From Pseudomonas aeruginosa (GTDB taxonomy: Bacteria > Pseudomonadota > Gammaproteobacteria > Pseudomonadales > Pseudomonadaceae), in contig NZ_LN831024.1 in NCBI RefSeq assembly GCF_001457615.1, positions 1,020,001-1,052,000 on the forward strand: a DNA stretch of 32,000 nt. Reading direction: 5' to 3'. The position numbers were made by a program, and so were the translations under genes. Positions 26,321 through 32,000 of this stretch are shown here, piece by piece (within the stretch, counting starts at the first letter, position 1; each line of letters begins with the position of its first letter). The notes beneath the pieces were generated by a model. The model was not told the DNA's origin. It saw nothing but the letters and a program-made list of their open reading frames with translations, and did no database searches.

Positions 26321-28837
26321 ATGATTTCCCTACCCATCGACGCCGTTGTTCCCGCCCTGCGCCAGGCCCTTGGCGCACAACACCAGGCCGTCCTGGAAGC
26401 CCCGCCGGGTGCCGGCAAGACCACCCGGGTGCCGCTGGCCCTGCTCGACGAGCCCTGGCTCGCCGGCCAACGCATCCTCATGCTCGAACCGCGACGCCTG
26501 GCGGCGCGGGCCGCGGCCGAGCGGCTGGCCGCCGAGCTGGGCGAAAAGGTCGGCGAGACCGTCGGCTACCGGATCCGCCTGGAGAGCAGGGTCGGCCCGA
26601 AGACCCGCATCGAAGTGGTCACCGAGGGTATCCTTGCCCGTCGCCTGCAAGACGCCCCGGCGCTGGACGGTGTCGGCCTGGTGATCTTCGACGAATTCCA
26701 CGAGCGCAGCCTGGATGCCGACCTGGCCCTGGCGCTGACTCTCAATGGCCGCGAACTGTTGCGCGACGAGCCGCCGCTGAAAGTGCTGGTGATGTCGGCG
26801 ACCCTGGAGGGCGAGCGTCTTGCGGCGCTGCTCGGCGAAGCGCCGGTGGTGCGCAGCGAGGGCCGCATGTTCCCGGTGGATATCCGCTGGGGACGGGCGG
26901 CGCAACCTGGCGAGTTCATCGAGCCGCGGGTGCAGCAGGCGGTGCTCCAGGCGCTGGCGGAGGAAAGCGGCAGCGTGCTGGTCTTTCTTCCCGGCCAGGC
27001 CGAGATCCGCCGCGTTCACGAAGGCTTGCGCGAGGCCCTTGGCGGTCGCCCCGAGGTGCTGCTCTGCCCGCTGCATGGCGAGCTCGACCTCGCCGCCCAG
27101 CGCGCCGCCATCGAGCCGGCGTCGCGGGGCACGCGCAAGGTGGTGCTGGCGACCAACATCGCCGAGACCAGCCTGACCATCGACGGCGTACGGGTGGTGA
27201 TCGACGCCGGCCTGGCGCGGGTGCCGCGCTTCGATCCGGGTAGCGGCATGACCCGCCTGGAGACCCAGCGCATCTCCCGCGCCTCCGCTACCCAGCGTGC
27301 CGGCCGCGCAGGGCGCCTGGAGCCGGGCGTATGCTACCGCTTGTGGTCGGAGAGCCAGCATGAGCAGTTGCCTGCCTACGGCACGGCGGAAATCCTCCAG
27401 GCCGATCTGGCCGGGCTGGCCCTGCAACTGGCGCGCTGGGGCGTGGCGCCGGAGGAGCTGGCCTGGCTCGACGCGCCGCCCGCGGCGGCCTACGCCCAGG
27501 CCCGCGAGCTGCTCGGGCGGCTGGGGGCGCTGAACGCCAGCGGCGCGTTGAGTGCCCATGGCCAGGCGATGGCCGAATTGCCGACCCATCCGCGCATTGC
27601 CCACCTGCTGCTGCGCGGCCAGGCCCTCGGCCTTGGCGAACTGGCTTGCGACGTAGCGGCGCTGCTCGGCGAACGTGACATACAGCGTGGCGGCGGCGCC
27701 GACCTGCACAGCCGTCTCGCCCTGCTCGCCGGCGAGGCCCGCGCTGGCGCCTCGCGCGGCGCGGTACAGCGCGCCCGGCAACTGGCCCGGCAGTTCCGCG
27801 GTTACCTGCGCGGCGCCGCCAGCGAGGCGGTCGTCGATCCCGGCCATCCGCGCTGGCTGGGTTGCCTGCTGGCCTTCGCCTATCCCGACCGCATCGCTCG
27901 CCAGCGCCGCGCCGGCGGCGGCGACTACCGGCTGGCCAATGGACGCGCTGCGCAGTTCGGCGAACCGGACAGCCTGATGAAGCTGCCCTGGCTGGTGATC
28001 GCCGATCTGGGCAGCCGCCAGGGCCAGCGCGAAGAGCGGATCTACCTGGCCGCCGAACTCGATCCGAGGTTGTTCGATACGGTCCTGGCGGAGCAGGTCA
28101 GCCAGCGCGACGAGCTGCAGTGGGACGAGCGCGAAGGCGTGCTGCGCGCCGAGCGCCAGCGCCGGGTCGGCGAACTGGTGCTGTCCAGCGAGGCGCTACC
28201 CGGCCTCGACGAAGCGGCGCGCAGCCAGGCGCTGCTCGGCCTGGTCCGGCGCAAGGGCCTGGAGTTGTTGCCCTGGACCCCGGAACTGCGCCAGTGGCAG
28301 GCGCGCATCGGCTTGCTGCGCCGGCTGGACCTGGAAGACAAGGGCGAGAGCGAGTGGCCGGACGTCAGCGACGCCGCGTTGCTGGAACGGTTGGAGGAAT
28401 GGTTGCCGGCCTATCTCGGCAAGGTCACCCGCCTGGCTCACTTCGCCAACCTCGACCTGGCTTCGATCCTCGCCGGGCTGTTGCCCTGGCCATTACCGCA
28501 GCGTCTCGACGAGTGGGCACCGAAAACCCTGGAAGTCCCCTCCGGCTCGCGCATCCGCCTGGACTACAGCGAAACCCCGCCGATCCTCGCGGTGCGCCTG
28601 CAGGAACTGTTCGGCCTCGGCGACACTCCGCGCATCGCCCAGGGCCGCCTGGCAGTGAAGCTGCACTTGCTGTCTCCCGCGCATCGCCCGGTGCAGGTGA
28701 CCCAGGACCTGGCGAACTTCTGGCGCAGCACCTATGCGGAAGTCAGGAAGGACCTGAAGGGACGCTATCCGAAGCATTATTGGCCGGACGACCCGCTGGT
28801 GGCCGAGGCCACTGCCCGGGCCAAGCCACGTAAGTAG
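26321..28837 (+). CDS. hrpB: ATP-dependent DEAH-box RNA helicase HrpB
   Basis: The start was re-set to ATG at 26321 behind GGAG. Helicase motifs present are GAGKTT, DEFHERS, SATL, TNIAETSLTI and QRAGRAGR, plus the C-terminal HrpB domain. Confidence 0.94.
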   Translation: MISLPIDAVVPALRQALGAQHQAVLEAPPGAGKTTRVPLALLDEPWLAGQRILMLEPRRLAARAAAERLAAELGEKVGETVGYRIRLESRVGPKTRIEVVTEGILARRLQDAPALDGVGLVIFDEFHERSLDADLALALTLNGRELLRDEPPLKVLVMSATLEGERLAALLGEAPVVRSEGRMFPVDIRWGRAAQPGEFIEPRVQQAVLQALAEESGSVLVFLPGQAEIRRVHEGLREALGGRPEVLLCPLHGELDLAAQRAAIEPASRGTRKVVLATNIAETSLTIDGVRVVIDAGLARVPRFDPGSGMTRLETQRISRASATQRAGRAGRLEPGVCYRLWSESQHEQLPAYGTAEILQADLAGLALQLARWGVAPEELAWLDAPPAAAYAQARELLGRLGALNASGALSAHGQAMAELPTHPRIAHLLLRGQALGLGELACDVAALLGERDIQRGGGADLHSRLALLAGEARAGASRGAVQRARQLARQFRGYLRGAASEAVVDPGHPRWLGCLLAFAYPDRIARQRRAGGGDYRLANGRAAQFGEPDSLMKLPWLVIADLGSRQGQREERIYLAAELDPRLFDTVLAEQVSQRDELQWDEREGVLRAERQRRVGELVLSSEALPGLDEAARSQALLGLVRRKGLELLPWTPELRQWQARIGLLRRLDLEDKGESEWPDVSDAALLERLEEWLPAYLGKVTRLAHFANLDLASILAGLLPWPLPQRLDEWAPKTLEVPSGSRIRLDYSETPPILAVRLQELFGLGDTPRIAQGRLAVKLHLLSPAHRPVQVTQDLANFWRSTYAEVRKDLKGRYPKHYWPDDPLVAEATARAKPRK

Positions 28838-28847
28838 TCGACGGCGC

Positions 28848-29255
28848 TCAGAGCACCCGGGTCAGGTCGTCGTCGAGGAAGTGCCGGAAACTCAGGCGCT
28901 GGCCGTCGGCGAAGTCGAAGTGGCTGTCCAGGGTCGGGCCGTTGAGGACGAACTCCAGGGCCAGCAGGCGCACACCGACCAGGCCGCGCTGCCGGCCGAG
29001 GTCGTGCAGGCGGTACTCGCCCGGGCCTTCGTCGTTCTCGCAGGGCCGCGGCGCTTCGCCGCTGCGCCAGAACACCGTCTCGCCCTCGAAGTAGAGGCGA
29101 TACCAGCGTTGCTCGAACTGCAGGTAGACCACGTTCACCGGATCGGCCGGACGGCCTTCCCACCACCATTCCTGGATCAGCAGCGACTGGCAGACCTGTC
29201 CGCGCAGGGCGGGCTGTTCGCCGTTGATCGTGCAGCAGGGGATGGCGGTATGCAT
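28848..29255 (-). CDS. Hypothetical cytoplasmic protein (135 aa), last gene of an uncharacterised operon
   Basis: ATG (cat 29253-29255) is preceded by the strong SD GGAGGAGGA. GC3 is high. I recognise no domain. The 444-aa track ORF is a read-through extension across the upstream genes. Confidence 0.75.
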   Translation of the reverse strand: MHTAIPCCTINGEQPALRGQVCQSLLIQEWWWEGRPADPVNVVYLQFEQRWYRLYFEGETVFWRSGEAPRPCENDEGPGEYRLHDLGRQRGLVGVRLLALEFVLNGPTLDSHFDFADGQRLSFRHFLDDDLTRVL

Positions 29256-29278
29256 CGGGCTCCTCCTCCGGGGTCGGT

Positions 29279-30013
29279 TCACAGCAGGGACAGGTCGGCG
29301 CCGTCGCTCCGCAACTGGTCGTAGGCCTGGTCCAGGCGGTCGCGCAGCGCTTCGGCGCCGGGAATGTGGCGCGAGACGATCATCCGCAGCGGCAGGCGGT
29401 ACAGTTCCTGGCTTGCCAACGCCTGGCGGCTGGCCGCTTCCACCGGCGCCTGGTAGTCGAGCAGGTAGTCGCCGCGCCCGAGTTCGAGCATGCGCAAGGC
29501 GGCGTGGTGGGTGCCGGTGCGGTACAGGCGCAGGTGCAGGTTGGGGTCCTGGATGAAGTCGGTGACCGGTTTCCAGTAGCTGTAGCCGCTGATCAGGATC
29601 AGCCGGCGTCCGGCCAGGTCCTGGGGAACCCGCGGTGCCGGCTGGTGCGCCGGGTAGTACAGGTTCAGGCTGACGTGGCCGAGCACGCGCCGCGCCTGGA
29701 GGGTGTCGGCGGCCAGCTCCGGCTTGGCCGCGCCGGCCCACAGCGCCACGCTGCCATCCTGCAGCCCCAGGTACAGGCGCGCGCTGGGCAGGGCGCGGAA
29801 CGCCGGACGATAGCCGGCCCGCTCCAGCAGCAGGCGGACCAGGCGGGCGCCGGAACCGGCGGCGTGGCCATCCCGGGCGGTATAGATGTAGGGGGGGAAT
29901 TCGTAGTAGCCGACGTTCAACGACGGCCTTGCGTCCTGCGCATGGAGCTGCGGGGCGGCCAGCAGGGCGAACGCCAGCAGCGCGAGCAGGGGCGTTGTGG
30001 TGCGTAGGGGCAT
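29279..30013 (-). CDS. Periplasmic solute-binding-protein-like protein (SBP family 3-like), orphan with no adjacent permease or ATPase
   Basis: The signal peptide is MPLRTTTPLLALLAFALLAAPQLHA. The YYEFPPYIY... pattern and overall size are typical of polar amino-acid-type SBP folds. Confidence 0.8.
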   Translation of the reverse strand: MPLRTTTPLLALLAFALLAAPQLHAQDARPSLNVGYYEFPPYIYTARDGHAAGSGARLVRLLLERAGYRPAFRALPSARLYLGLQDGSVALWAGAAKPELAADTLQARRVLGHVSLNLYYPAHQPAPRVPQDLAGRRLILISGYSYWKPVTDFIQDPNLHLRLYRTGTHHAALRMLELGRGDYLLDYQAPVEAASRQALASQELYRLPLRMIVSRHIPGAEALRDRLDQAYDQLRSDGADLSLL

Positions 30014-30029
30014 GGTGTGCGGCCTTGCC

Positions 30030-30043
30030 GTTTTTTGTTGTTA
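30030..30043 (-). promoter_or_regulatory. A-rich motif UAACAACAAAAAAC containing AACAACAA (AAnAAnAA, Hfq/Crc-type) 22-29 nt upstream of the SBP-like start
   Basis: Read directly: + strand ttgttgtt at 30035-30042. This matches the published Pseudomonas catabolite-repression (Hfq/Crc) target motif. Confidence 0.4.
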
Positions 30044-30064
30044 TGAATGGGGGCGAAGCATGCG

Positions 30065-30096
30065 GCGCGCCGGGCCGCTTGTCCAGCCCGGCGCGC
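30065..30096 (-). other. 11-bp GC hairpin inside the operon spacer (GCGCGCCGGGC-N10-GCCCGGCGCGC)
   Basis: A perfect inverted repeat between the EEP-gene stop and the SBP-like start, with no U-tract. Confidence 0.3.
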
Positions 30097-30102
30097 GCCC
30101 GG

Positions 30103-31188
30103 TCAATGGGGCAGCAGGAAGCGCGCGGCGAGCGGCAGGTGGTTGGAGATCTGCAGCGTATCGCTGCGCCGGACCCGGGCATCGAGACGGGTCAGCGAGG
30201 GGCTGTGGAACAGGTAGTCGAGGGTCCGATCCGGCCCCTGGACCCGTGGGTCGTTGGGGAAGTGCGTGTACCAGCGAACCTGGTCGACGCCACTGGCCTC
30301 TTCCAGCGACGGCACCATCGGGAAGCGCCCGCTCAGGATGGCCAGTTCGCTGTCTTCCCGGTAGGGCGCGCGCAGCGGCGCCAGCAGGTAGGGATACTGG
30401 CCGGGCGGCAGCAGGTTGAGGTCGCCGCCGAGCAGCCAGGGCGTGCGCCTGGCCTGCAGTTCGTCGAGCAGCGTACGGGTGGTCTCGACCTGGCGCTCGA
30501 GGGTGTCGTCGTTCGCCTGCGGGCGGTCGAAGCGGGCGTTGAGCACGGCCAGCTCGCCGCCGCCGTCGATCGGCAGGTGGCTGACCAGGATCGCCGGGCG
30601 CGGCCCGAACAGGCGGTCGAACAGCCCGCCATCGCGTGGCGGCAACTGGCGCCGCTCGGCGCTATCGATGCGATAGCGGCTCAGGGTGGCCTGCTTGCGG
30701 CCGACGCTGCCGAAGATGTGCGGCGTCGGCACGAAGGCCGACTTCCACTCGTAGGCCTGGGCGCTGCAATGGTAGAGATCGTTGATGCGCTCCTGGATCA
30801 GCGCCAGTTGGTCCTGATCGTCGGTGGCGCTGGAGCCGTCGTCGATCTCCTGGAGCAGGACCAGGTCCGGCTGCTCGTCGCGGATCACCCGGACCACCTC
30901 GTCGAGGGTGAACGCCAGGTCTTCGGCGGTGGGGCGCTGGTCCGGGCCGGTGGCATCCGGCAGGTCGTCCCAGAAGACGTAGCGCTTGCCGGCCAGGTAC
31001 TGGATGTTCCAGGTCATCACCTTCAGGGCCTGCCCCGGCTTCAGCGCCGGCGCGGCGCCCTGGCAATGCAGGGGCGCGGCTTCGCGATCGGCGGGTTGCC
31101 AGCTCAGCAGGTAGCTGGCGAGCAGGGCACCGCCGACCAGCAGGAGCAGGCCGACGAACAGCAGGTTGCGTAGACGGGGCAGTGACAT
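30103..31188 (-). CDS. Membrane-anchored endonuclease/exonuclease/phosphatase (EEP) family protein
   Basis: An N-terminal signal-anchor (MSLPRLRNLLFVGLLLLVGGALLASYLL) is followed by EEP motifs: VMTWNIQY, LVLLQEID, GGDLN and SNHLPL. The alternative start ATG at 31242 has an AGGA SD but lower GC3. Confidence 0.85.
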   Translation of the reverse strand: MSLPRLRNLLFVGLLLLVGGALLASYLLSWQPADREAAPLHCQGAAPALKPGQALKVMTWNIQYLAGKRYVFWDDLPDATGPDQRPTAEDLAFTLDEVVRVIRDEQPDLVLLQEIDDGSSATDDQDQLALIQERINDLYHCSAQAYEWKSAFVPTPHIFGSVGRKQATLSRYRIDSAERRQLPPRDGGLFDRLFGPRPAILVSHLPIDGGGELAVLNARFDRPQANDDTLERQVETTRTLLDELQARRTPWLLGGDLNLLPPGQYPYLLAPLRAPYREDSELAILSGRFPMVPSLEEASGVDQVRWYTHFPNDPRVQGPDRTLDYLFHSPSLTRLDARVRRSDTLQISNHLPLAARFLLPH

Positions 31189-31303
31189 CGCAATCGAGAC
31201 TATGCTGGAAAGGACCAGAGCATAGAGCTTGCCGCCGCGCATTTCATCCTTGCAGGTCGAATTGACGCAAGGGTTCGCGTTTTTTCGAGCGGGAGGGTAC
31301 CGC

Positions 31304-32000
31304 ATGCCGCGCAAGGTATTCAGCAGCCAGGCCTACCGCCACAAGGTGGTGCTGGTCAGCGGCGGCTGTTCCGGCATCGGTCGCGCGCTGGCGCTGCGTT
31401 TCGCCCGGGCCGGTGCGCGACTGGCGATCCTCGACCTCGACCAGGCGGCGCTGGACAGTTTGGTCCAGCACCTGCGCGACCATCTCGGCGGCGAGGCGCT
31501 CGGCCTGCGCTGCGACGTCGCCGACGCCGATGCGGTGGAGCGTGCCGTGGCGCTGGCGGTGGAGCGCTTCGGCGGCATCGACGTGCTGGTCAACAACGCC
31601 GGCATCACCCACCGCGGTACCTTCGCCGAAACCGGCCTGGGGGTTTTCCGCAAGGTCATGGCGGTGAACTTCTTCGGCGCCGTGCATTGCACCCGCGCGG
31701 CGCTGCCGAGCCTGCTCGAACGGCGCGGGCAGATCGTCGTGCTCGGTTCGCTGACCGGTTTCGCCCCGTTGCTCTACCGCAGCGCCTACAACGCCAGCAA
31801 GCATGCCTTGCACGGTCTGTTCGACACCCTGCGGATGGAGCTGGAAGGCACCGGCGTCAGCGTGACCCTGGCCTGCCCGGGATTCACCGCTACCGACCTG
31901 CGCAAGAACGCGCTGGTCGGCGATGGCTCGGTGACTCGCCAGCCGGTGCAAGTGCTGGGCAGCCAGGTGGCATCGCCGGTGGAGGTCGCCGAGGCGATCT
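31304..32000 (+). CDS. Short-chain dehydrogenase/reductase (classical SDR), 5' part with the 3' end off the window
   Basis: Hand translation from ATG at 31304 behind GGGAGGG gives MPRKVFSSQAYRHKVVLVSGGCSGIGRALA...NNAG...YNASK. The frame is open to the window end. It is absent from the track because it has no stop. Confidence 0.9.
   Translation, partial: MPRKVFSSQAYRHKVVLVSGGCSGIGRALALRFARAGARLAILDLDQAALDSLVQHLRDHLGGEALGLRCDVADADAVERAVALAVERFGGIDVLVNNAGITHRGTFAETGLGVFRKVMAVNFFGAVHCTRAALPSLLERRGQIVVLGSLTGFAPLLYRSAYNASKHALHGLFDTLRMELEGTGVSVTLACPGFTATDLRKNALVGDGSVTRQPVQVLGSQVASPVEVAEAI

Overview
The window reads as a high-GC core chromosomal segment of Pseudomonas aeruginosa. The evidence is protein identity and gene order: leuS, ybeL-like, DUF218, lnt, corC, ybeY, ybeZ, miaB, DUF1820-like, Sel1, hemL, thiE, thiD, ladS, TetR, AidB-like acyl-CoA dehydrogenase, thioesterase, amn, SEC-C protein, MBL lipoprotein, rluE, globin, DUF2788-like, Lrp/AsnC, secreted protein, yiiP, lipoprotein, hrpB, three uncharacterised genes and an SDR. 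From memory this matches PAO1 PA3987 down to PA3957, which I cannot verify here. I support 31 protein-coding genes, two of them truncated by the window edges. leuS and the terminal SDR are missing from the ORF track because they run off the window, so I recovered them by hand translation. Many track ORFs are N-terminally over-extended or are antisense shadow ORFs typical of high-GC DNA. Starts were re-set using homology, Shine-Dalgarno sequences and signal peptides. I found no tRNA or rRNA, no CRISPR array, no transposase, integrase or IS ends, and no recognisable defence or toxin-antitoxin module, so I do not see an obvious novel multi-gene system. The most interesting unexplained signals are non-coding. 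First, the 456-bp gap between the Lrp/AsnC regulator and the next CDS holds an orphan canonical intrinsic terminator with no ORF in front of it (candidate sRNA). That gap also has an FFRP-type 13-bp palindrome array and three TTTACCC direct repeats phased at 11 bp. Second, overlapping palindromes form a likely TetR operator. Third, a perfect 9-bp stem sequesters part of the amn Shine-Dalgarno. Fourth, a 14-codon uORF overlaps (ATGA) the SD-less start of the DUF1820-like gene. Fifth, an AAnAAnAA (Hfq/Crc-type) motif lies in front of an orphan SBP-like gene inside an uncharacterised EEP/SBP/unknown operon. ladS is intact and full length.
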